Assembly (NCBI GenBank): GCA_017480455.1
Contig: JAFVAP010000098.1
Span: 1 to 63,086 of the forward strand
Source: Bacteroidales bacterium
GTDB taxonomy: Bacteria; Bacteroidota; Bacteroidia; Bacteroidales; P3
Length of the DNA stretch: 63,086 bases
Direction of reading: 5' to 3'
Below are positions 1 through 8,352 of this stretch, in pieces. The notes under the pieces were generated by a model. That model saw nothing but the letters and a program-made list of their open reading frames with translations. It ran no database searches and was not told where the DNA came from. Each line of letters starts with the position of its first letter. Positions within the stretch are counted from its first letter, which is position 1. Position numbers and translations under genes: made by a program.

Positions 1-179
1 AGATTTTGTAACATTGTCGGCTGTATTGGTTTGATTTTCAGTATTGTTGCCTGTAACATCTTCCGTAACACTCTCTATAACATTTCCCGTAACACTTTTT
101 AACTCCTTGATTTCCAATATAGATTTTGTAACATTGTCGGCTGTATTGGTTTGATTTTCAGTATTGTTGCCTGTAACAT
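1..179. repeat. 59-bp exact direct repeat (1-59 = 121-179) flanking four (G/A)TAACA motifs phased at 12 nt (53, 65, 77, 89)
   Basis: Read directly from the sequence. agattttgtaacattgtcggctgtattggtttgattttcagtattgttgcctgtaacat occurs twice. GTAACA also occurs at 8, 128 and 173. Confidence 0.9.
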
Positions 180-567
180 TATTTCTTCTATTTTTGGCTG
201 TGTTCGTTTTATTTGTTTGATATTCTTCGTAATTACAAATAGTTATGATATTTTGATTTACTTTCTTTTCAATAGTTATCATACCGTTTTTTTGCAATTT
301 TGAAAGGTATCTTTGTACTTTCATTTTGTTAGACCAATGCCAATAATTACAAAGAAATGATAAACTGAAAGAAAATTGACCAGGCAATAAGTATATTTCT
401 TTATCAGCAACAGAATATTCGTATTCCTTATTAGTAGCAAACAACAAAAGAGAAATCCACGCACTCCTTTCATCAAACGGCTTTCTGTTATTCCAAACAA
501 TTTTATTATCTAAAATTGAACGAAATAGTTTAATGTAAGTAATATTCTTTGCTTTATCGTTTTTCAT
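1..567 (-). CDS. Putative phage replication-organizer / DnaD-like winged-helix protein (3' end cut by the window edge)
   Basis: This ORF is absent from the ORF track because it runs off the window. The minus frame is open from the ATG at 567-565 down to position 1 (189 codons; I checked every triplet for stops). Its ATG overlaps the TGA of the upstream gene (TGATG). The N-terminal part, ...ERSAWISLLLFA...GQFSFSLSFLCNYWHWSNKMKVQRYLSKLQKNGMI, resembles the N-domain of phage replication initiators. The C-terminal part is N/T-rich and repetitive. Confidence 0.55.
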   Translation of the reverse strand, partial: MKNDKAKNITYIKLFRSILDNKIVWNNRKPFDERSAWISLLLFATNKEYEYSVADKEIYLLPGQFSFSLSFLCNYWHWSNKMKVQRYLSKLQKNGMITIEKKVNQNIITICNYEEYQTNKTNTAKNRRNNVTGNNTENQTNTADNVTKSILEIKELKSVTGNVIESVTEDVTGNNTENQTNTADNVTKS

Positions 568-1313
568 CAGAAAGGTTGTTTATTAAGTTTTAAGGAAAGA
601 TTTTTTTTAGCAAGTACAATGTTAGTATAAGGCTTTACTACTCGTTTTATGCAATCAATGAAAAAACTACGTTCGGAATTTGTGTCGCTACTATGAATTA
701 AAACAACGTTGATAAGTTCGGACAAATCCATTTTTAAGAATGTATCAATGCACGTTTCAAGGGATAAATGACTTTGTGCAATACGTTTTCCTAAATGTTG
801 ATTGACAACCCCGTTTAAAACATTTTCTTTGAGTTTGTCAAGTGAATAGTTGCACTCAATAAGGATATTACTATAAACTTGTTTCATTGCAAACACCGGT
901 ATTGTCTTTGTATCTGTAACAAACAGTATCTTTCCGCTCTCGCTGTTTTCTATAATAAAGCCCATAGGTTCGGCTGCGTCGTGTTCAACCTTAAACGGCG
1001 TAATAGTGAAGCAATCAAAAGTAATAGGTTTGCAGTCTTGGGCTATAATAACATTCTTTTCAATCTGCAAGGCTTTTGCCGTTCCCAATGAACAACAAAC
1101 TTTTATTCCGTTCTCAATCAAAGAATGTACATCTTTTGAATGGTCGTTGTGTTCGTGTGAAATTAAAGCCACAGAAACGTTAAAGGTGTTAAAATGTATT
1201 TCTCTTAACATTTCAAAAGAAGCAACGCCACACTCAACAAAAAGTGCTTTTTTTGAGGTTTTAAGAATATATCCGTTACCTTTACTACTGCTACCTATTA
1301 CTTTTAATTCCAT
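567..1313 (-). CDS. MBL-fold metallo-hydrolase (probable phage nuclease)
   Basis: HxHxDH motif (SHEHNDH). Length of 248 aa. Sits between RecT and the replication gene, and its stop overlaps the next start. Confidence 0.8.
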   Translation of the reverse strand: MELKVIGSSSKGNGYILKTSKKALFVECGVASFEMLREIHFNTFNVSVALISHEHNDHSKDVHSLIENGIKVCCSLGTAKALQIEKNVIIAQDCKPITFDCFTITPFKVEHDAAEPMGFIIENSESGKILFVTDTKTIPVFAMKQVYSNILIECNYSLDKLKENVLNGVVNQHLGKRIAQSHLSLETCIDTFLKMDLSELINVVLIHSSDTNSERSFFIDCIKRVVKPYTNIVLAKKNLSLKLNKQPF

Positions 1314-1316
1314 TGT

Positions 1317-2135
1317 TTATTGCAGTTTAAATGGTGGTTGTTGCTGTGCTTGTGTAGGTTGTGGATTTGCTCCGCCGTTTTCAAAGTTATTATTTTCTTG
1401 TGTCTGTAGTGTTGGGGATTGTGAATTGCTTGGAAGTATCTGTTGTTGATTCTCTTTACGTTGCTCTGCGATAATACTTTGTGCCTCTTTTGACGGTGTT
1501 ACATCTTCAAAAGTAGTGTCTTGTATTGTCTGCTCCTCTTGTGTGTACATAGCCCCTAATTGTGCCGGAAAGGCTTCTCGCAATGCTTGTACTTTTGCGA
1601 CTTTGGAAATCATCGTACTTTGTTTATCTTTCCAAATACTCTGCTTTTTGTCATATTCAGACAATGCAACCCTTGAAACATAAGGAAACTTTCTATCATC
1701 CCTATAAACCTGTGCCCAACCTCCGACAAGTGTTTCTTTTATAGGAGTGTAAAATGTTCCCTCTAAATCTTTGATTTCTCCCGTTTCTTTGTCTTGTACA
1801 ATGATACCAGCCCTTAAACCTTGATAATGTTCGCTTGCTTCTGCCCGTTTTGCAAATGCTTCTTTGCTTACAATCATTTGAGGCTGAACAGTACCCGTTG
1901 AACTTTTGAACGCTACAAGATAGGCTTCATTCAAAAACGGATTTAGTTGATTAAACTTGCAGATTGAAATAAATTGCATTAAATCTTGGTCGGAAACATC
2001 ACTGTTTCCTCTTAAAAGATACTTTCTTACAATATTGAAACTTAATGTAACGTCTTGCCCTGCTACATTGTAAGTTACTTTGCCTTTGTCGTAATCTGCA
2101 ACGACTGCCTGCTGTTGTTGTGTTTGCGTGTTCAT
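1317..2135 (-). CDS. recT: RecT-family single-strand annealing recombinase
   Basis: The RecT-like core ...FISICKFNQLNPFLNEAYLVAF... is followed by a Q-rich tail. It lies 4 nt upstream of the MBL gene. Confidence 0.75.
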   Translation of the reverse strand: MNTQTQQQQAVVADYDKGKVTYNVAGQDVTLSFNIVRKYLLRGNSDVSDQDLMQFISICKFNQLNPFLNEAYLVAFKSSTGTVQPQMIVSKEAFAKRAEASEHYQGLRAGIIVQDKETGEIKDLEGTFYTPIKETLVGGWAQVYRDDRKFPYVSRVALSEYDKKQSIWKDKQSTMISKVAKVQALREAFPAQLGAMYTQEEQTIQDTTFEDVTPSKEAQSIIAEQRKENQQQILPSNSQSPTLQTQENNNFENGGANPQPTQAQQQPPFKLQ

Positions 2136-2173
2136 CTTCTTTTGTTTTTTTTCTTAAATAAATTAAACATATT

Positions 2174-4159
2174 TTATAAACTTTTAACTGTTATTTCTTT
2201 ATCAAGTGTAACTAACAACTCTATTCTTTGATGCTGAGTTAAAATAGGGTGGTTTATAGACTCCTTATCGTCAATGAATAAAGGCATAAGTATTCCGTAA
2301 TATTCAGATAATTTGCTTACAAGTTCAATCTTTGCATTTATCTTTCCTGCCTTGTTTGCCACGTCATAAGGAACGCCGTCTATATTAACACGGCAACACT
2401 CATTTACTTTGCCATCTGTCGTTGTTTCAAATAGTTGGAACTGTACCAAAGAGAACAAGGAATTTATCATTTCCGTTTGCTCCTTTATCAAATCCGCAAG
2501 AAATTGAGAAAGCAAATCATACGTTGCCAACAATTCATTTTTCTTTACTTGCAAGTCCTGTTTTTCCTTTTGCAATGTTGCTATACTCTTTATAAGTTGT
2601 TCTTTCGTTTCTTTCTTCGTTAAAACAGATTGATTTTGCAAGATTTGAGTTTCAACGCTCTGTAATTCTCTTTGTAAGTTCGCTATTTCTTCATCCGTTT
2701 TTTGCTCTGTGTTTTTCTGCAATTCAGCAATTTGTTTGTCTATATCAACAATTTCCGTTATTGCTTTGTCATTGATAGTCTTTCTTTCAGGTCTTTTAAT
2801 ATTAAAAAAGTCTTTCTCTGCCTCCGTAATACTCTTTGCCGATGTATCATAATCCGCTTTGATAACCTTGTAATCTTCTTGTAAGGTTTCAAGTTCTTTT
2901 TGATAAGTTATAAGGTTTTCGCTTGCTGTCTTACCTTGTTTTTCAATAGTTCTTACCAGTGAATCTTTATTTGTATATGCTAAACACTCTGCTTTATACT
3001 CACAACCCGGACAAAGTGTCCTTGTCTTAATACACGGGCTTTCATCCCTTGTTGCAACTGCTTTCTGCCAATCCTCGCATTGTTTTTCGTAATCTGCTTT
3101 TGCTCTTTGTACGCTTGCGTTCTTATCAATAATTTCTTTCTCCTTGTTTTTAAGTTGATTTGCTAACAAGTTGAAATTATTTTTTGCACTTGTAACCGCA
3201 TTTTCTTTTGTTTGATAATCTGCAAGTAGGGTATTGTATTCTGCGTCAAGTTTATTCTGTTCTTGTTGCAAAATGTTTGCCTGCTGTTTTTTCAACGTTT
3301 CAATTTGCAAGGCTTTTGCGTTCTCTTGGTTGAACAAATCTTGATTCTGTACTTGTTTTGCTTTTATCTTGTTCTTTATACCCTCTTTTTGCAAATCAAG
3401 TTCCCTTTTGATTTGTTCGTAATTCCGCCAATCTTCCTCTGTAATACTGTCGGCGTTCTTTTTCGTTTGGTCAATACGTATTTCAAACTCTTGTATGGCT
3501 TTTGTAATCTTGTTTATTTCCGAATTGATATTACTACGGTATTCTGACGGTGTCGTCCTTTGGCTTTTACAAACATTGACGATTTCCGCATATTGAGGTT
3601 TTACGTTATATTCTTTCGTTCCTGTAATTTCAAATAACGTATCACGCATTTTGTCGCTTTGCAGTGCAAAGAAATAATTTGCGTCAAACAATGTTTCAAT
3701 CTTCTTTAACTCGCCGAATTTCTCTGTAACAAAGGCATCGTATTTCGTTAAGGTTGTAGGCTTGGAAGTTGAATTGATATAATAAATACCTTCCATTCCT
3801 CTGTTTTCCTTTTCTGTTTCACCATCTTTTAAAGGCTTTTCCTTATAAACAACCTTTAAAATAATATCTTCGTTTGACTCTGTTTCGACATCTTTTACAT
3901 TCCAATAGGACGTAATTCCAGCCTCTACATCGTGCTGAATAGTACCGTCTTTCAAACGTGTAAATACAGGGTTTCTGTAAAATTGTATTGCTCCGATACT
4001 ATCCTTGTGAGTTAAAACGATTCGGACCGCATCAAAGACAATACTTTTGCCTAATCCATTGTCGCCACTAATGATTGTTCTGTCAGTAGGGAAGTCATAA
4101 ACTTTATTTTGACCTCTGAAATTTGACAACTCCAATCTTGTTAAATGTACTTTTTTCAT
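2174..4159 (-). CDS. Rad50/SbcC/SMC-like AAA ATPase with long coiled coil
   Basis: N-terminal Walker A (GDNGLGKS), about 400 aa of heptad-rich K/E/Q sequence, a central CPGC motif (nt 3002-3013) in the position of a zinc hook, and a C-terminal Walker B-like LFIDDKE. Confidence 0.75.
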   Translation of the reverse strand: MKKVHLTRLELSNFRGQNKVYDFPTDRTIISGDNGLGKSIVFDAVRIVLTHKDSIGAIQFYRNPVFTRLKDGTIQHDVEAGITSYWNVKDVETESNEDIILKVVYKEKPLKDGETEKENRGMEGIYYINSTSKPTTLTKYDAFVTEKFGELKKIETLFDANYFFALQSDKMRDTLFEITGTKEYNVKPQYAEIVNVCKSQRTTPSEYRSNINSEINKITKAIQEFEIRIDQTKKNADSITEEDWRNYEQIKRELDLQKEGIKNKIKAKQVQNQDLFNQENAKALQIETLKKQQANILQQEQNKLDAEYNTLLADYQTKENAVTSAKNNFNLLANQLKNKEKEIIDKNASVQRAKADYEKQCEDWQKAVATRDESPCIKTRTLCPGCEYKAECLAYTNKDSLVRTIEKQGKTASENLITYQKELETLQEDYKVIKADYDTSAKSITEAEKDFFNIKRPERKTINDKAITEIVDIDKQIAELQKNTEQKTDEEIANLQRELQSVETQILQNQSVLTKKETKEQLIKSIATLQKEKQDLQVKKNELLATYDLLSQFLADLIKEQTEMINSLFSLVQFQLFETTTDGKVNECCRVNIDGVPYDVANKAGKINAKIELVSKLSEYYGILMPLFIDDKESINHPILTQHQRIELLVTLDKEITVKSL

Positions 4160-4203
4160 TTTATTTTATGTTTTTATTGTTTATATATTATTTTGATTAT
4201 ATG

Positions 4204-4491
4204 CTATTTTATAGTTGTTTCAATAACCTGCTTAACTTTGATATTATCCCACACTTCTTTTATACCTTTTGTTTTAAATAGTCTTTCAATGGCTTTTATC
4301 TTCGTTTCGTCTGTTATTGCAGATTTGCCGTTGATATATCTCCAACATTGCATTGTTTCAACTGCCAAAATTTCATCAATCCTTTGTTTGAATTTGATAA
4401 ACTCTTTCGGTGGCAAAACTTCATTTTGCACCTTGTCTAATGCTTTTTTAAAGCCAAATCTTAAAACCGTTTCTTTTAAAATCTGTGTCAT
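4204..4491 (-). CDS. Hypothetical phage protein (95 aa)
   Basis: ORF in the same orientation as the early operon and close to the ATPase start. No motif recognised. Confidence 0.5.
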   Translation of the reverse strand: MTQILKETVLRFGFKKALDKVQNEVLPPKEFIKFKQRIDEILAVETMQCWRYINGKSAITDETKIKAIERLFKTKGIKEVWDNIKVKQVIETTIK

Positions 4492-4857
4492 TTTATATTG
4501 TTTTTCTTATTTTAATTCTTTTTAAAAATGTTCCGATGATTATCTCCCGACAAGTCGGAACTAATTATGTTAATATGTCAATAAACCTTTTATTCAAGTG
4601 GCATTCAATTCTTCGTTTCCACTTTGTGCCGTGTAAGGCATCGCACCTTAAAATAATTGCTATAAGAGTGTTTTTTTTATTATGGACTTCATTTTGACTG
4701 CGCGGCAATTATTTTTCTACTATCACGGCAAAACTGCTTTGAAGTATGTAATGGTCGTATTCTCTATAAAAGAAAAGTGAAACGGTTTCAAAGGAACAAT
4801 TATAATAATCTTTATATGACCAAAAGAACGCACTGGCAACCTTTATCCAGCATTATA

Positions 4858-5169
4858 TCACTTTCCTTTTTGTACTTTGATTAGTTTATTTACTTCATTG
4901 TTGCTAAATTTTAATTTCGGTGAATCTCCTACATATATCGGCGTTAAAACTTTTTGCTTTATCCATTTATTTATTTGACTTCTGCAACAACCTAATTTCT
5001 TTTCAACATCACTTGCATTAAGTAAATAATCATCTTCTTTAAGTTGCTGACGTGTAGCCGTTATAAGATACTGAGCAAAACTTTTTAAGTCTGCACCACT
5101 TACAACTAAAAGGCGATTATCGTTACCCTCTGTTATTGCTTTTATTATTAGATGTTGCTTTACCGACAT
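4858..5169 (-). CDS. Helix-turn-helix DNA-binding protein, excisionase/MerR-like
   Basis: The segment LNASDVEKKLGCCRSQINKWIKQKVLTPIY is a typical excisionase-family HTH. Confidence 0.6.
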   Translation of the reverse strand: MSVKQHLIIKAITEGNDNRLLVVSGADLKSFAQYLITATRQQLKEDDYLLNASDVEKKLGCCRSQINKWIKQKVLTPIYVGDSPKLKFSNNEVNKLIKVQKGK

Positions 5170-5173
5170 TGTA

Positions 5174-5362
5174 TTATCTTACTGCTGTTATTGTAGTGAA
5201 ATGTGTTTTATACAATTTCTTTGAAATCATATTCTTAACAACCTGCCACCAAATTTCCCGATAACTGTAACCCGATAACAAAAGACTATCTACAAATTTA
5301 TTATCCGATTTCCGATAAACAGAAATTTTATACTCTTTTTGCTTTTTCAATAAACTTTTCAT
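5174..5362 (-). CDS. Hypothetical small protein (62 aa)
   Basis: ORF lies 4 nt upstream of the HTH gene on the same strand. No motif recognised. Confidence 0.4.
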   Translation of the reverse strand: MKSLLKKQKEYKISVYRKSDNKFVDSLLLSGYSYREIWWQVVKNMISKKLYKTHFTTITAVR

Positions 5363-5420
5363 CGCTCTATTCTTATATTACGTCTAAATCGTTATACTCT
5401 GCCCAATGTTCAATAAACTG

Positions 5421-6032
5421 CTATCCGAAATATTCGGAGATTTCCTCGGTGCGTAGTAGAAAGCAAAGCCGAGAACCGCAATACACGTAACGATAGGACG
5501 GAACGTAACTCGTAAACACGAAACCGAGCCCGCAGGGCGTCCCGTCGGTCGAAGTACCACCGACAGCACAGACACGGCTTGCATCAACCTTTATTAGATT
5601 GACTTCTTTCTTTTCTTCTTCCGTCATTTCTGCTATTGCCTTGTCTGTATATAGATAGAAATACGGATAATACCACCAATCCTGTTCTGTGAAGTCAATC
5701 TTCTTTCTGCTACCTCTTAATGCTGAGGCTATTACTTCAAGTTTCATCAAGGCAATTACAGATTTAGGCAAAATCATCTGTATATTAGAGTCTTCACTGT
5801 GAAACGTTATTTCTTGTATCTTATTCAGAATAGGCTCTTCACCCAACGCCTCGCAGGCATCTTCATACGTCTTTATAGTCGTATAGTCTTCAAGTGTTGG
5901 CTTTACTCTGTTTTCTACTTGTACAGGCATTTGCTCTGCCTCTTCTACGGCTCTGTATCTTACGCCGTTTATTACAATCTCTTTTTCCATTGTTGTATTT
6001 GTGTTTTTATTGTTGTTATTATTATTGTTCAT
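5421..6032 (-). CDS. Hypothetical phage protein with poly-Asn N-terminus and an unusual GC-rich, Cys/Gly/Tyr-rich C-terminus
   Basis: ATG at 6032 (alternative ATG at 5990). It overlaps the stop of the upstream gene (6022-6024) by 11 nt. The last ~50 codons differ sharply in composition from the rest of the gene. Confidence 0.6.
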   Translation of the reverse strand: MNNNNNNNKNTNTTMEKEIVINGVRYRAVEEAEQMPVQVENRVKPTLEDYTTIKTYEDACEALGEEPILNKIQEITFHSEDSNIQMILPKSVIALMKLEVIASALRGSRKKIDFTEQDWWYYPYFYLYTDKAIAEMTEEEKKEVNLIKVDASRVCAVGGTSTDGTPCGLGFVFTSYVPSYRYVYCGSRLCFLLRTEEISEYFG

Positions 6033-6894
6033 CTTCTGTATATGCAAGTGAGAAATCTCTCTCAATAATTCTGTTGATAGTGCAGAATGTAGCCGTTGAA
6101 AGCGATATATCTACAATATCGTAAATTTCTGATTCTGTCTGGGCTTCTGCATTTCGTTCTTCAAACAACTTTTCCAAAGTGTCCCTAATGATAACTTTTG
6201 CATTCTCTACATTCTTCGCCTTAAGGATAAAAGAGTATTGATTTAACAATGTATCTTCAATATCTCCCTTTCTTGCGGTTTTTATATCTGCGTCTATTTG
6301 ATAGAATTTTGCATTTTCTTTTACCGCATAATCTTTCGGCTCTTTATCTTCCGTTTCGTCATCATCACAATCAAATTTAGGGTATTTTTCCGTTTCAATC
6401 CTTTGCAGTATATGTTCAATAATTATGTAGTTATTCATAGACTTAACACCCACAATTTCAAACGTGCTTTTAAAATTCAGTTCCATATAGTCGGTAGCGA
6501 TTATTATTGCCTTTTGGCAAGATGTCGCTTGACAAAGAACTGAAATATTATGTGAATTGATATTGACTTTTAACAGATAAGGCAATAAACCTCTGCGGTT
6601 GTATGGCTCTGCCTGTCTGTTTTGGTTTGATACCTCTATTTCTGTAAGATTGTCGCCTGCTTGAATATGGAAATTTAAACGTGAAAGTGCATCAGGGTTT
6701 AATCTTGTACCTCTGTCAAGTATCATCTCCGAACGTTCTATATCCATAATTTCACCCGTCCTGTCGTTTAAATACTTTTCTTTCCACGTTCTTTGTACCC
6801 GTTTTGTCAGATACATTCCGTTAAGTCGTTTAAGGTCGTTTGTATCGGCTACAAACCTTATTTCGTCTTTTCTTGTTTGAACTTCTTTTGTCAT
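6022..6894 (-). CDS. Hypothetical phage protein (290 aa)
   Basis: Long ORF in the early operon. No motif recognised. Confidence 0.6.
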   Translation of the reverse strand: MTKEVQTRKDEIRFVADTNDLKRLNGMYLTKRVQRTWKEKYLNDRTGEIMDIERSEMILDRGTRLNPDALSRLNFHIQAGDNLTEIEVSNQNRQAEPYNRRGLLPYLLKVNINSHNISVLCQATSCQKAIIIATDYMELNFKSTFEIVGVKSMNNYIIIEHILQRIETEKYPKFDCDDDETEDKEPKDYAVKENAKFYQIDADIKTARKGDIEDTLLNQYSFILKAKNVENAKVIIRDTLEKLFEERNAEAQTESEIYDIVDISLSTATFCTINRIIERDFSLAYTEDEQ

Positions 6895-7020
6895 ATCCTT
6901 AAAATGTTTTTATCGTTTATTTTTCTTAAAAAAGAGTGTTGCTGTTGGTAGGTATCTTATCGTTGTTAGGAGGCGAATTTTACATCGATACAAAAGGCAA
7001 CACTCCAAACAAATGAAAAA

Positions 7021-7302
7021 CTACAAAGTGCTATCTTCCGAATCTTCGCCCTGTATATTATTCTGTAATTGTATCGCTGTAATCGTCTGCATATCTTCTT
7101 CGTCTAATTCTGACCAAAAACCACAACCGCAATGTTGAAACTTGCAACCATTACCGTCCTTTTCGCTCAAATCCGTTAAACCGCAATTTATACACTTTGA
7201 AAAGTAATCATTAGGGTTTAGTTGTACTCTCAAATAAATCTTATCCGCAACCTTGCAAACCGTCCTTGATTCATTTAAAAAGATTTGTTTCAATGTTTCC
7301 AT
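7021..7302 (-). CDS. Hypothetical Cys-rich (zinc-ribbon-like) protein
   Basis: CINCG ... CKFQHCGCG cysteine clusters followed by an acidic tail. Confidence 0.5.
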   Translation of the reverse strand: METLKQIFLNESRTVCKVADKIYLRVQLNPNDYFSKCINCGLTDLSEKDGNGCKFQHCGCGFWSELDEEDMQTITAIQLQNNIQGEDSEDSTL

Positions 7303-7307
7303 AGTGT

Positions 7308-7724
7308 CTATAATTCAAAAGATTTTCCTAATGTCTTTCCGATTTTTCCGTTATACCCTGTTATTTCACAAAATTTTGAAGTCGTCAAAGTTCTTGTTGT
7401 GCGATTGTTTCTTAAAAAAACTTTGAAACCGTCCAATTTTACTACTCTAAACACTTCTTTTCCTTGTGGCGTTTCTCTTTTTACCGGTATTAGTTCATCG
7501 GCAAGTTTTATTACAGTCTGTTCAAGGAATTTCTTTTCAATTATTATTTCACTACCACGTATAGGCAGTAATCTATAATAACCTTTCTTATCTTTCATTG
7601 TATATAACAAACAAAAGATTCTATCATCGCACCATAAACGTTCCTTTTTTGAATAAAAAAGTTTATCCCTGTCATCAATAGGTCTTTCTTCAATTTTGAT
7701 TTGTCTTTGCGTATTCTCAAACAT
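7308..7724 (-). CDS. Hypothetical protein, first gene of the leftward early operon
   Basis: ORF begins about 110 nt downstream of a minus-strand TAnnTTTG box. No motif recognised. Confidence 0.55.
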   Translation of the reverse strand: MFENTQRQIKIEERPIDDRDKLFYSKKERLWCDDRIFCLLYTMKDKKGYYRLLPIRGSEIIIEKKFLEQTVIKLADELIPVKRETPQGKEVFRVVKLDGFKVFLRNNRTTRTLTTSKFCEITGYNGKIGKTLGKSFEL

Positions 7725-7774
7725 CGTTATTTCTTTTTTTATTTCAACTTAAAATTTATTTGCTTTTTTTGTGT

Positions 7775-7782
7775 TATCTTTG
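7775..7782 (+). promoter_or_regulatory. Bacteroidota -7 box TAtcTTTG (rightward, repressor side)
   Basis: Exact TAnnTTTG match, 142 nt upstream of the repressor ATG. Confidence 0.45.
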
Positions 7783-7834
7783 CTGTTTGATATTTGCAAT
7801 ATCTTTCAACAGTGTTATTATTGATTTCACTTTG

Positions 7835-7842
7835 CAAAGATA
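7835..7842 (-). promoter_or_regulatory. Bacteroidota -7 box TAtcTTTG (leftward, early operon), embedded in the palindrome CTTTGCAAAG
   Basis: The plus strand reads caaagata, an exact TAnnTTTG on the minus strand. It lies to the right of the plus-strand box, so the two promoters face each other. Confidence 0.45.
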
Positions 7843-7923
7843 CAACATTTATCTGTATTTACAAGTATTTTTCACTGAAAAATTAAGAAAAATACGTAAA
7901 ATAATTTATAACGATTTGATAAT

Positions 7924-8307
7924 ATGGATATTAAAAAAGCAATAAATTTAATCAAATTTAAGGAAAATTGCAAGCAAAAAGACATTGCAAAGGCGTTAAA
8001 AGTATCGGAAAACTATCTTTCAGATGTAGTTTCTGGTCGTTCTGAATTGACTGAATCGTTTATTTCTAAACTGGAATTAACTTTTCCGTATATTTCAGTA
8101 GAAAACACAGAAATAGATAATTCCGCTACAATAGAAAAAGATACGGATTTCAACAGATTGCTTTCAATGTATGAAGAAATGCAAAAGAAATTCTTTGAAC
8201 AATCCGACCAAATTATAAAAACAAATGAACGGCTTTTGAATATGTTAGAAGATAAAGGAAAAAGGGTTGCATTTTCCGAGCAGATAGAACAATCTGTATT
8301 AAGATAA
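7924..8307 (+). CDS. XRE-family HTH transcriptional regulator (candidate prophage repressor)
   Basis: N-terminal HTH, CKQKDIAKALKVSENYLSDVVSGR. Divergent from the early operon. No S24 peptidase domain. Confidence 0.7.
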   Translation: MDIKKAINLIKFKENCKQKDIAKALKVSENYLSDVVSGRSELTESFISKLELTFPYISVENTEIDNSATIEKDTDFNRLLSMYEEMQKKFFEQSDQIIKTNERLLNMLEDKGKRVAFSEQIEQSVLR

Positions 8308-8352
8308 GAATATTTTTGTAACGAAAGTATTTAACCACGTTTGCAGTCAAAA

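Noticed and set aside
4145-4525. 126-aa hydrophobic plus-strand ORF at the ATPase/hypothetical gene junction
   Set aside because: It is antisense to two minus-strand genes in very AT-rich DNA. The translation is an F/I/L-rich artefact.
5384-5587. Alternative-frame ORF (67 aa) over the GC-rich patch, or a tRNA/sRNA gene hidden there
   Set aside because: There is no cloverleaf or T-loop (GTTCGAATC-type) sequence. The patch is in frame with, and continuous with, the 5421-6032 gene, so the compositional anomaly is reported as a finding rather than called as an RNA gene.
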